Source: a virus
Lineage: Duplodnaviria > Caudoviricetes
DNA length: 64,000 bases
Virus record (IMG/VR): IMGVR_UViG_642973576_000001
Span: 4,953 to 68,952 of that record
Strand: one strand, 5' to 3'
Notes under the pieces: model-generated
What the model was told of the DNA's origin: nothing
Seen by the model: only the letters and a program-made list of their open reading frames with translations
The model's database searches: none
Shown here: one piece after another, positions 55,817-64,000 of the stretch
Layout: every line of letters starts with the position of its first letter
Numbering within the stretch: the stretch's first letter is position 1
Translations under genes and position numbers: made by a program

Positions 55817-56068
55817 ATGGCTGACACGAAAGATTCGGCAGCGCACAAATTGCCGCTGCTGGATCTGGCCGAAAACGACGATCAGCACTTCAAGACGTAC
55901 ATGTCCCGCTCGATGAAAAAGGCGATTCAGCGATTCGCCCGTCGCGAAGGCATGACCGATTCTGAAGCCGGTCGCTACATGTTCAAGCTCGCGTTTGAGC
56001 ATCCATCCGTTTACGGCGGTTACGAGGAAATCAACAGTCTGCGTGCGCCGCTCAACGAACACCGGTGA
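55817..56068 (+). CDS. ribbon-helix-helix DNA-binding protein (putative)
   Basis: FKTYMSRSMKKAIQRFARREGMTDSEAGRYMF fits the beta-helix-G-x-T/S-helix RHH pattern; RBS GAAAGGAG. Confidence 0.65.
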   Translation: MADTKDSAAHKLPLLDLAENDDQHFKTYMSRSMKKAIQRFARREGMTDSEAGRYMFKLAFEHPSVYGGYEEINSLRAPLNEHR

Positions 56069-56373
56069 GTGCGTTGCAGGCGTGGGCCATCGTTCTGGTA
56101 GTGGTCTCGGTCGGCCCGTACCTCGCACGGCGCGCGTTAGGTCTCCCGGCAGGTCTACGGGTACGCCGAGAGCATGACACGGTACTCGAACAAATGCGAA
56201 AGCGAGAAGAACTTAGGATTCGAGAATATAATCTTCGGAAATTCGAGGCATGCCAAGAATGTCCGAAATGCAGACGGATGGATTTCCACTGGATTAAGCG
56301 CGGGTATGTTGGAAATCTGTACAGAGAATGTCGAAACGAGAAATGCGGACACGTGTGGAGACAGGTTAAGTGA
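56065..56373 (+). CDS. TM plus Zn-ribbon hypothetical protein
   Basis: N-terminal TM; CPKC...C....C..W.Q. Confidence 0.65.
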   Translation: MSALQAWAIVLVVVSVGPYLARRALGLPAGLRVRREHDTVLEQMRKREELRIREYNLRKFEACQECPKCRRMDFHWIKRGYVGNLYRECRNEKCGHVWRQVK

Positions 56374-56699
56374 GCAAGTACAGGATGATCGCAAGGGAGG
56401 ACTTCGAAATCAAAATGAAGTCCGTTGTCGCCGAGCTCGAAAAGGAACGAAACCGGATGTATCACGCGCTTGACGTGTTGCCGGTCAAGGATTTCGAGGC
56501 TCGTGATGCACTCAACCACGAGATCGCAGCCAGCATCGGCGAACAGCGCGCATGGCGCAAGATGTGGGAATGGGTTTCGGAGAACTACCCGGCTGAAAGC
56601 AGAACTCCGGCTGAAAGCAGAACTCCGGCTGAAAGCAGAACTCCCATGAGCGTAGAACAGCTCATGGATTTGCAGAATCGGATTGCTCAAGGGCGATGA
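56370..56699 (+). CDS. hypothetical protein with (PAESRT)3
   Basis: Coupled ORF. Confidence 0.7.
   Translation: MSKYRMIAREDFEIKMKSVVAELEKERNRMYHALDVLPVKDFEARDALNHEIAASIGEQRAWRKMWEWVSENYPAESRTPAESRTPAESRTPMSVEQLMDLQNRIAQGR
56589..56642 (+). repeat. 18-bp tandem repeat x3 (CCGGCTGAAAGCAGAACT)
   Basis: Three perfect in-frame copies. Confidence 0.95.
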
Positions 56700-56971
56700 C
56701 CGATTCGATGAAATTCACAAACGATTTCGTGGACAATCTGATCGAGATGATGGATCGGATGTGGTCGGTTTTCGAGGGTATGCCGACGCGAGGACAGGCG
56801 CTCTACGCGGTGATCAATAAGCCATGGGTGATCCAGAATTGGGTCATTTTGCCGGTGGCATGGCCGATCACCAAACGCAAGATCCGCAAAGGGCGCGAGA
56901 AACTGGACGATCTTCGCCTGATCCGCTGGGCATCAAAACTCAACGACGGAAAGGAATTTCGAGCGCAATGA
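56696..56971 (+). CDS. hypothetical protein
   Basis: Coupled ORF. Confidence 0.6.
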   Translation: MTDSMKFTNDFVDNLIEMMDRMWSVFEGMPTRGQALYAVINKPWVIQNWVILPVAWPITKRKIRKGREKLDDLRLIRWASKLNDGKEFRAQ

Positions 56972-57543
56972 ACGGATTTCGCTACGAAGACCTTTTGCAA
57001 TTCGATGAAGCATACAACCTGAAGGACGAGGACATGAACAACAAACCGACCAAAGACCAACTGCCGTATGAGGTTCCGGTAGGCGTGGAAACCGAAATCC
57101 GCAAAGGCATCGTCGCCGCTGTCGGCGTGGTTCCGCATCCAGACCAAGACACCTACCCCGGCGTGCTGGTGATGGCGAACAACCATGACATCACCGTCGT
57201 GTGGCACAACAAGGGCTGTGCTCGCCGGTCACCGAAGCCGGAGAACGTCAAGTTCGACCGCAACGGAGCACCTTGGTGCCCAACATGTTTCGCTGAGAAC
57301 CTGCATCGCGATCCGAACTGGAATTCCGAACCGTCACCGGCAGTGGAGATTCCGGAGCCGATCAACTCGCCCAAGACCGACGCGACCGCAGAACGCAAGG
57401 CCGAGCGCCTAGCGCGCGTCGAGAAAATCCGCGCCGCACGCGAGGCCGGGAAATTCCGCGAGCCGTTTCCGCAGAAGATCGTCGGCGACGATCACACGGT
57501 GACCGAACATAAGCTCAACCCGCCAGAGCGGTTCGAGGGCTGA
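56968..57543 (+). CDS. hypothetical protein (H..GC...CPTC)
   Basis: RBS GAAAGGA; coupled start. Confidence 0.7.
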   Translation: MNGFRYEDLLQFDEAYNLKDEDMNNKPTKDQLPYEVPVGVETEIRKGIVAAVGVVPHPDQDTYPGVLVMANNHDITVVWHNKGCARRSPKPENVKFDRNGAPWCPTCFAENLHRDPNWNSEPSPAVEIPEPINSPKTDATAERKAERLARVEKIRAAREAGKFREPFPQKIVGDDHTVTEHKLNPPERFEG

Positions 57544-57548
57544 AAACG

Positions 57549-57911
57549 ATGAAAATCTACCGATTTCCGTTGAAAATTGAGGACTACCAAGAGATCCGAA
57601 TGCCGCCGAGCTACCAGATCTTATCGGTGGCCCCGGCGCGCGAGCCCTACTTGCGTCCATCCGGGTATCTCGGAGGAAACGTCCGCGTGCAGGGAATCGA
57701 CATGTGGGCCAAGGTGGACAACATCGAGATTCCCGCGCAGTACCCGCTTGGTGTCTATCTCGTCGGCACCGGAAACCCATGGCCGACAAAGGGAAAGGGC
57801 GGCGCGTACATCCCCCTCAACTTCATCGGCACGTGCGTCATGGAAAACGGACTGGTCTGGCATGTTCACGTCGGACCTACCCAAACAGACTTGTTACGAA
57901 GGGAGAGCTGA
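57549..57911 (+). CDS. hypothetical phage protein
   Basis: KIYRFPL...ILSV...MWA.VD...VGTG.P...FIGT....LVWHV pattern common in phages. Confidence 0.75.
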   Translation: MKIYRFPLKIEDYQEIRMPPSYQILSVAPAREPYLRPSGYLGGNVRVQGIDMWAKVDNIEIPAQYPLGVYLVGTGNPWPTKGKGGAYIPLNFIGTCVMENGLVWHVHVGPTQTDLLRRES

Positions 57912-57912
57912 C

Positions 57913-58590
57913 ATGCCGGTTGAAAAGACCAGCACGGGATACACCGTGCAGCTGCGTCCGGACGTGCAGCAAAAGGTCGGAAAGCTCATGGCCGAAAACG
58001 GGTTCACCACGCCTGTTTGGGAACCCGAAGCCGTGACCGGCACCGACTCCGGTTGGCATTTGTACCTGAACGCGCTCATTCGCGCGGTTCGTCACGTAGA
58101 AGACAAGTGCCCCAAGCATTTTCCCAACCCGGCATACAAGATTCAGATTCGGTATCTGAATCCGTCCACGGGATGGGCGTTGCCGTGGCGCACCATCTCG
58201 CGAGATGGCGGTGCAATCACCGAGCCCGGATGGTACGCCATCACGCCAATCGGCAGCATAGACGGCAATGACCACAATTTCGCCGTCGCCCACGGGCCAT
58301 ACAGATACAGGAGGGCGAGCGGGATCGCCGTCGCTTGGATTCGGAACTTCTACGGCGAGAACGGAAATCGGTATCAGGCCGAATTCTGGCAAGGTCCGGC
58401 CACCGAAAAGGACATCGAGATCATCCGCAGCGCCGAACACACTGTCGGCGGGGGAATCCCCGTCCCCGGCACCGAGATTCACGAAGTCGCCATAGACCGG
58501 CGCGATGGCCGAACGTTGTGGGAACACAAATATCCGCACACGGGTCCGGTGACCGAAGGCGCAAAGCCGGTGCGATGGGAGGACCGGTGA
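57913..58590 (+). CDS. hypothetical protein
   Basis: RBS GGGAG. Confidence 0.7.
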   Translation: MPVEKTSTGYTVQLRPDVQQKVGKLMAENGFTTPVWEPEAVTGTDSGWHLYLNALIRAVRHVEDKCPKHFPNPAYKIQIRYLNPSTGWALPWRTISRDGGAITEPGWYAITPIGSIDGNDHNFAVAHGPYRYRRASGIAVAWIRNFYGENGNRYQAEFWQGPATEKDIEIIRSAEHTVGGGIPVPGTEIHEVAIDRRDGRTLWEHKYPHTGPVTEGAKPVRWEDR

Positions 58591-58880
58591 GCACATTCCT
58601 GTATTTGCAGTGCGACTCCCACGAGCCGTCGATTCGATCCGATGGCGAAGTCGGACAACATCTTTACGATCTGTCAGATGTTCGGAGGTACATCGCCAAC
58701 CGTGACCTGCTCGCTCAGATTGTCGATATGGACCTGGGTGTGAACTTCGACAGTCACTTCGCGAACAACGCAGCGTATTTTCTCCAAAAGCACAGAACCT
58801 GCAAAATTTCTATCCAAGACGAGTACGGCAAGCAGTACGACACCATTGGCGATTCTCACGAACCGATAGGGCGACAGTGA
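58587..58880 (+). CDS. hypothetical protein
   Basis: GTGA coupling; L.C..H ... FL.KH..C...DEYG. Confidence 0.7.
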   Translation: MSTFLYLQCDSHEPSIRSDGEVGQHLYDLSDVRRYIANRDLLAQIVDMDLGVNFDSHFANNAAYFLQKHRTCKISIQDEYGKQYDTIGDSHEPIGRQ

Positions 58881-59281
58881 AACTTGAAGACACACACGGC
58901 GGCTATCACGGAAAATCGTTGCAGGACAAGATCCGTGACGATTTGGACGAGGCGTACAAGATGCACCGGAACGAGGAAGAGGCGTTTGGTCAAGACACCG
59001 AACGTAACGACCGGTTCGCCGAAGGCATTGCGCACGCGCTGGGCGTATTGCGCGGCACCGACGCCGATGTTGAGTGGGAGGCCGCACAAGAGCGCTACGA
59101 CAACCCGGTGACACCGGAGCCAGTGGCCGACGAACCGCAGGTGTGCTGCCCGGATCACAATCGACCGATCATCAACATCACCAACTTCACCAACGTGACG
59201 AACATCGTGAATTCCGTTGATTCCGACGAGGAATGGGACGAGTTCGATGATGTCGAAGGTGACGACGATTTCGAGGACTAA
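58877..59281 (+). CDS. acidic hypothetical protein
   Basis: Coupled ORF. Confidence 0.7.
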   Translation: MKLEDTHGGYHGKSLQDKIRDDLDEAYKMHRNEEEAFGQDTERNDRFAEGIAHALGVLRGTDADVEWEAAQERYDNPVTPEPVADEPQVCCPDHNRPIINITNFTNVTNIVNSVDSDEEWDEFDDVEGDDDFED

Positions 59282-59298
59282 CACAGAAAGGAAAATCG

Positions 59299-59646
59299 AT
59301 GGGGATTGCGATGGATGAATACGAGGCGCGCGAGCGTGAGATGGGTGAGAATCCCTGTCTGACTCGTGCAGAAATCAAACCGGACCGAAAGGTGTTCGTG
59401 GACGAGAACACCACGATCACCGTTCCGAAGACCGTTAACGGTCGAATCAATGTGATGCTCTCGTGCCGCTGCGGCGCAACGGTTATCGTGCCGTTGCGAT
59501 CTGTCGAAGATCGTCGGGATGGAAATCATCTGGATTTCAAGGTTCCCGACGGTTGGTACGCGGACGGAGGTTTCCCGTACGCACGAAACCCCGACGAGGC
59601 GTACATCGTCCGCTGCCCGCAGCACCGGGCCGCGTTGCTGGGGTAG
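59299..59646 (+). CDS. hypothetical protein (CRCG...CPQH)
   Basis: RBS AGAAAGGA. Confidence 0.7.
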   Translation: MGIAMDEYEAREREMGENPCLTRAEIKPDRKVFVDENTTITVPKTVNGRINVMLSCRCGATVIVPLRSVEDRRDGNHLDFKVPDGWYADGGFPYARNPDEAYIVRCPQHRAALLG

Positions 59647-59892
59647 TTATCGACTCTCAGTCGAAAACCCGGGCCGACGCTCGCGCGGAGCTTAGGCCAG
59701 ATCTAAGGATCTAGTCCCGGTGGACCATAGGGACCAGATCTGGTGGCCGGTCTTCTGACCTGGCCGAACATGTTGTGTAGGCAAGGGCGTAGCACCGGTC
59801 GGTGCTACGGTAATGGGTCTGCGCCGGGATGTCTCGCTCCCGGCGTAGGCTCTCGCCGTGACATACGGCAGAAAACGGGCGAAAGAGGATTC

Positions 59893-60228
59893 GTGGGGCA
59901 AAAAGATTTTATCCAAAAGCTGGAAGCAGTTGAGTTAGCGGCGATTTCGGTACGAACTCAGCTAGAACACTTTCGCGATCAGACCGCAGCGAGGCTCGAA
60001 GAGCTGAAAGTGCAAGAGCAGTTCAGCATCCGCGCAGGAGGGTCGGTTCCCGATCCGGTCATTCTCGAGAAAATCGCCCAAGACTTTGCTGCACTGAAAC
60101 AAGGGCTAGCCCGAACTTTTGGTTTCGACGGAAGTCAAATCGATGGCAGTCAAATCGATGGCAGTGCAGCGCAGGACAACAGAATGCAAGATGACACGGA
60201 CAGGGGTAACGGTGAGCGTGGCGAATGA
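59893..60228 (+). CDS. hypothetical protein
   Basis: GTG after GAAAGAGGA; helical; DGSQI repeat. Confidence 0.55.
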   Translation: MGQKDFIQKLEAVELAAISVRTQLEHFRDQTAARLEELKVQEQFSIRAGGSVPDPVILEKIAQDFAALKQGLARTFGFDGSQIDGSQIDGSAAQDNRMQDDTDRGNGERGE

Positions 60229-63205
60229 CAACGTAGCCAGCTTCGCGGCAGCACGACCTTTCGCCAAGGCGGTGTCCAAGTACCGGCGTGCCGGTTGGGG
60301 CGGAACGTTGCCACTGCCAGCGGGCAAGAAAAACCCGCCACCGACCGGATTCACGGGGCACAAAGCGCCGTATCCGTCGAAAGAGAAACTGGTCTCGTGG
60401 CTCAACGATCCAAAACACAAGCGCGCCAACATCTGCATTCGTTTGGCCGGAACGCCAGCGATCAAGACCGACGAAGGTTGCACATGCGGAAAACTTGTCG
60501 GCGGGACGCACGCGCAGAACTGCGAAGCGAAAGAAGAGAAGTACGAGATTGTCGGAATTGACGTCGATCATTACGTCAAAGGCGACAAAGATAAACGCGG
60601 TGGAGATCAGCTGGAAGCGCTGGAAGCCCGTTTGGGAAAGCTCCCGGATACCTGGATCAGTTCTGCTCGCGTTGACGGGAAAAGTGGGATTCGGTATTAC
60701 CGTGTCCCTGTCGGACTCGCGTTTCGCGGTCAAGTTGATAAAGACATCGAGTGCATCTACAAAGGCTACCGATTCGCTGTAGTCTGGCCGTCGATTAACC
60801 CCGACACCGGAGGAACGCAATACTGGTGGTTCCCGCCCGGGGTCGTCCCCAACGAAGAGGGACGCAAGGCGTGGGACGGCGAAAACGGCGACGTGCCCAG
60901 AGTCGCAGACCTGCCGCTGCTGCCCTCGCCATGGCTTGATCATCTGACCCAAGGGCTGATGCGGGCCGACGACGATGCAGAAATCGACATGGACTCGTCG
61001 GTCGAAGAAATCTACCGATGGGCCGACGACACGTTCAACGCAAGTGGTGTGGTCGAACACGACGACGGCACAGCCGAAGTGGACGAAACGCAGATCTGCG
61101 CGCGCGTGAAGAAATCCATCGGACAGCACACTGACAAGATCACCAACGAGGCGACTTCCCACGACAAGATCACTAACGCGCATTGGGAGTTCTATCGGCT
61201 CGCCGCCGAGGGGCACATCGGCTGGAAAGCCGCCGTCGCACAAATCGAGAAGATTTGGACCGAAGAGGTTGTGGCGCGCGACAAGCGCGGGCGCGCAGAG
61301 CTGAGAAACGAAATTTTCCGTAGCCGTGTCAACGCGCTGCGCAAGATCAAGACCCGCGTGGACCGCAACATCGCCATCGGAGCGCGCGCAGTGCCCAGCG
61401 GTTGCACGTGCGTGCCGGTGGTCGCCGGGTCGTCGGCGGGCAGCGTGGGCGTAGCCGCGACCCTGCCACAGGGATTGCAGTGGGCGGCGAATATGGGCTT
61501 GTCGGCTCTCAACGGGTCGGCGGGACCGGGTACCGGACCCGGTTTTGGAAATGGTGGATCTGGCTCAGGTGGAGATGGGCTGGAATATGTGCAATTCGGT
61601 TCTCCCGATGCACCGGACAACTACAGGATGAATGACGATGGAAACGCACAACATTTTGTTGACCTCTTCACTAGCCCCGGTATCGGACCGGGAATTCGCT
61701 GGATTGATGGCTACGGTTGGATCGTTTGGTCTGCGGGTAGCACAGATCGATCTGTACAACCTCGGTGGATACTTTCCACAGATGGACTTATACGTCGAGC
61801 ATGGCAGCGTGTCCGAGACCGACAGGAAGCGTTTGTTGTCTTTCTTGAAGCCGATGTTCAAAACCAAATTCAGCAATTCACCCAACAGAACCCAAATGTG
61901 GGCGCATCAGCATTCCCGGCTGCGCTCAAGGCTCTCCAAGCCCGACTCCGCTCGTGGAAAGAGTTTGCCAAAGCGTCCGGAAACAACCGTAACGCAATGG
62001 CGGCGCTTGACGCTGCCAAAGCCCTACCAGGGGTCACCGTCGATATCAACGATCTGGACAACGACGGAAGGCTTATCGGCGTCGCAAACGGCGTAATCGA
62101 GTTGGGCGTGGATGGAGTCCGTTTGCGCGATGCAGAAGCGCAGGACTTCATCACGCTCAACACCAAAACGCCGTACCTCGAACCGGACCAGATGAGCGGA
62201 ACGCAGAAGATCGGCATGCAGAAGTGGGAGGAATATTTGGAGCGATTCCTCCCCGATGAAGATATTCGCCGAACCGCACAGGTGGCGCTGGGTCACTGCC
62301 TGATCGGCGGCAACCCGGAGAAAATCTTCATTGTGCTCAAAGGCGACAGCAACACCGGAAAGTCAACCATGGCGAACCTGTGTGCTGCCGCTCTTGGCGA
62401 TTACGCCATGACGGCGAGCCTGACGATCTACCAGAACCACAAGCTGAACCCGCTACTGGCGAAAGCACTTACCCGGCGCATGGTGGTGACTACGGAGCTG
62501 AGTGAAACCGACAAGATTTCGGCTTCGATGCTCAAGCGCATTACCGGTGGTTCGGACCTGATCAGCGCAGAGCTGAAAGGGTCGAACGTGTTAGTGGAGC
62601 GGGTGCCCCAGTTCGTCCCCATCGTCGCGACCAACAGCGTGCCGTCGATTGAGGGCGCAGACAAGGCACTACGCAACCGGCTGTACGTGATCCCGTTCAA
62701 CGTGGTCGTCAGCGAGCAAGAGGACGACAAAGAGGCAGCGACGGTCATGAAGGCGGTCGGGCTTCCGGCAGTGCTGCACTGGCTGGTCGAGGGCTACAAG
62801 ATCTATCGGCGAGAACGTGGCCTGCCGAAAGATCCGAGAATCGTCCAAGAGTCGGATGCGTTCGCTTCTGAGTTGGACACGGTTTCGACGTTCCTAAGCC
62901 AGTGCGTGAAAAAGCATCCTACGAACTTTGGCGATCCGAAGATTCCGTGGCAGGACCATCCCGGATGGGTGATCTTGCCCGATGATCTGTACGAGGCGTA
63001 CTGGAACTGGTGTAATCGAATGAAAGTGAGGGAACCGGACAGACTGTCACAACCAAAGTTTTCGCGACGTGTCGCTGCCATGGGACACAACAAAAAGCAG
63101 TTGCGAGGCCCGAAGAAACCAACGCAACACTGGTACGGAATTAAACTCGTCGGTTTGGCCGCTGGAAAGGTCACCGACATTACCGCAGGATGGGGCGGAA
63201 GATGA
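60212..63205 (+). CDS. bifunctional primase/polymerase fused to D5-like SF3 helicase
   Basis: N-terminal prim-pol (PLP.G.K.PP..GF, IDVD); D.GNA..F; GDSNTGKST Walker A; ELSE, ITGG..I.A, ATN, R..VIPF. Start codon uncertain (60191/60212/60218). Confidence 0.92.
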   Translation: MSVANDNVASFAAARPFAKAVSKYRRAGWGGTLPLPAGKKNPPPTGFTGHKAPYPSKEKLVSWLNDPKHKRANICIRLAGTPAIKTDEGCTCGKLVGGTHAQNCEAKEEKYEIVGIDVDHYVKGDKDKRGGDQLEALEARLGKLPDTWISSARVDGKSGIRYYRVPVGLAFRGQVDKDIECIYKGYRFAVVWPSINPDTGGTQYWWFPPGVVPNEEGRKAWDGENGDVPRVADLPLLPSPWLDHLTQGLMRADDDAEIDMDSSVEEIYRWADDTFNASGVVEHDDGTAEVDETQICARVKKSIGQHTDKITNEATSHDKITNAHWEFYRLAAEGHIGWKAAVAQIEKIWTEEVVARDKRGRAELRNEIFRSRVNALRKIKTRVDRNIAIGARAVPSGCTCVPVVAGSSAGSVGVAATLPQGLQWAANMGLSALNGSAGPGTGPGFGNGGSGSGGDGLEYVQFGSPDAPDNYRMNDDGNAQHFVDLFTSPGIGPGIRWIDGYGWIVWSAGSTDRSVQPRWILSTDGLIRRAWQRVRDRQEAFVVFLEADVQNQIQQFTQQNPNVGASAFPAALKALQARLRSWKEFAKASGNNRNAMAALDAAKALPGVTVDINDLDNDGRLIGVANGVIELGVDGVRLRDAEAQDFITLNTKTPYLEPDQMSGTQKIGMQKWEEYLERFLPDEDIRRTAQVALGHCLIGGNPEKIFIVLKGDSNTGKSTMANLCAAALGDYAMTASLTIYQNHKLNPLLAKALTRRMVVTTELSETDKISASMLKRITGGSDLISAELKGSNVLVERVPQFVPIVATNSVPSIEGADKALRNRLYVIPFNVVVSEQEDDKEAATVMKAVGLPAVLHWLVEGYKIYRRERGLPKDPRIVQESDAFASELDTVSTFLSQCVKKHPTNFGDPKIPWQDHPGWVILPDDLYEAYWNWCNRMKVREPDRLSQPKFSRRVAAMGHNKKQLRGPKKPTQHWYGIKLVGLAAGKVTDITAGWGGR

Positions 63206-63432
63206 AGAACTGTGACAACTGTGAAACGCAGTACAACGAAGAAACCACCGAGGACTCGATGAAAATCGTGGTGGAGTACATCTGCGATTTCACCGATACG
63301 GACAGACAGGGGCTTGCGCGAATTCGGACGCAAGTCTATCTGTGCCCGGAATGTGCGAAGTCAGACATTCATCCAAACGAGCTGGCCGATCTTTCTAGAG
63401 AATCCGGCGAGGTTTTGGGATGGGTACTGTGA
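63202..63432 (+). CDS. small Zn-binding hypothetical protein
   Basis: CDNC...LCPEC; ATGA coupling. Confidence 0.6.
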   Translation: MKNCDNCETQYNEETTEDSMKIVVEYICDFTDTDRQGLARIRTQVYLCPECAKSDIHPNELADLSRESGEVLGWVL

Positions 63433-63465
63433 ACACGGATTGACAATCTAGGTGTCCGTGTAAAG

Positions 63466-63507
63466 GGCCGACAGCGAGGCGAGAGACGACCGGCTGTCGG
63501 CCTTTTT
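63466..63507 (+). terminator. intrinsic terminator
   Basis: GGCCGACAGC / GCTGTCGGCC stem followed by TTTTT. Confidence 0.75.
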
Positions 63508-63589
63508 CACGCCAGCAAACAAGGAAGAGGAACTAAGAGAGTTATGGATCTGTTACCAAACGCTCGCCGGAGGGCCAAAACGGGTGGTT

Positions 63590-63885
63590 CGTTTACTAAA
63601 TCACTAAACACGTTTAGTGTTTGTTTAGCTTCTACCTGCATGTTTAGTTGTTTAGTGTTTTTTCAGTTGTTTCCCATAGAGCGATAGAGGGAGGGGTGTG
63701 GCAACAGTGGGTAGCAAAGGGTGTCTAGCAAAGAGTGCGTACACTCTGTTTATGGTTGTGTATATATACTTTTTATTTAATAAACAACTATAAACAGTAA
63801 ACAAAAGATAGTATGACCTGCATATATGCGTGTTTATGAATGTATTTTTCGTTTAGAGATTCGGTAAACATGCTGGTCAGAGGTT
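63590..63885. repeat. AT-rich non-coding region with GTTTA(G)/TAAACA repeats (candidate origin)
   Basis: Many TGTTTA and TAAACA copies around TATATATACTTTTTATTTAATAAAC, downstream of the primase-helicase. Confidence 0.6.
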
Positions 63886-64000
63886 TACGACGGGGAGTCG
63901 AAAACACCTGTATAGACAGGTGATGCGAGCAGTGCTCTCGTTTTCATCCCGGCTGGGCGTCGCGTGTGTGGGGACGCGCCACCTGGCGGGTTTGGCGCGT

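Overview
About 64 kb, probably most of the genome, of a high-GC tailed dsDNA actinobacteriophage with siphovirus architecture. It is most likely a mycobacteriophage: it has a LysB, and the DnaE polymerase plus prim-pol/SF3 helicase layout recalls clusters D/H/R/U (inference, no search run). Essentially all credible genes are on the + strand. Order: portal (5'-truncated), a block of very Lys/Arg-rich proteins with an EndoVII-type nuclease, JAMM/MPN protease, MuF-like protein, scaffold, capsid, neck and tail genes, 2107-aa tape measure, minor tails, lysis cassette, a ~1.5 kb non-coding CG/CA-repeat region, an array of small probably early genes, then SNF2 helicase, Cas4-like nuclease, AAA ATPase, SSB-like protein, DnaE, RuvC-like resolvase, RHH protein, primase-helicase and an AT-rich end. 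No integrase was seen. The most striking signal is non-coding. Nine intergenic elements at 33.1-39.9 kb fold into covarying, anticodon-less tRNA mimics (D-loop-like linker, T-loop arm, acceptor-like stem, RCGA end). Each is followed by a hairpin and a shared start-associated motif (AGAAACGGAC). A separate intergenic hairpin at 45.38-45.41 kb displays the exact antisense of that motif in its loop. Together these suggest an RNA-based processing and shut-off system for early genes. A second candidate system is a JAMM protease encoded just upstream of scaffold and capsid genes whose N-termini share a PIFGG di-glycine motif.
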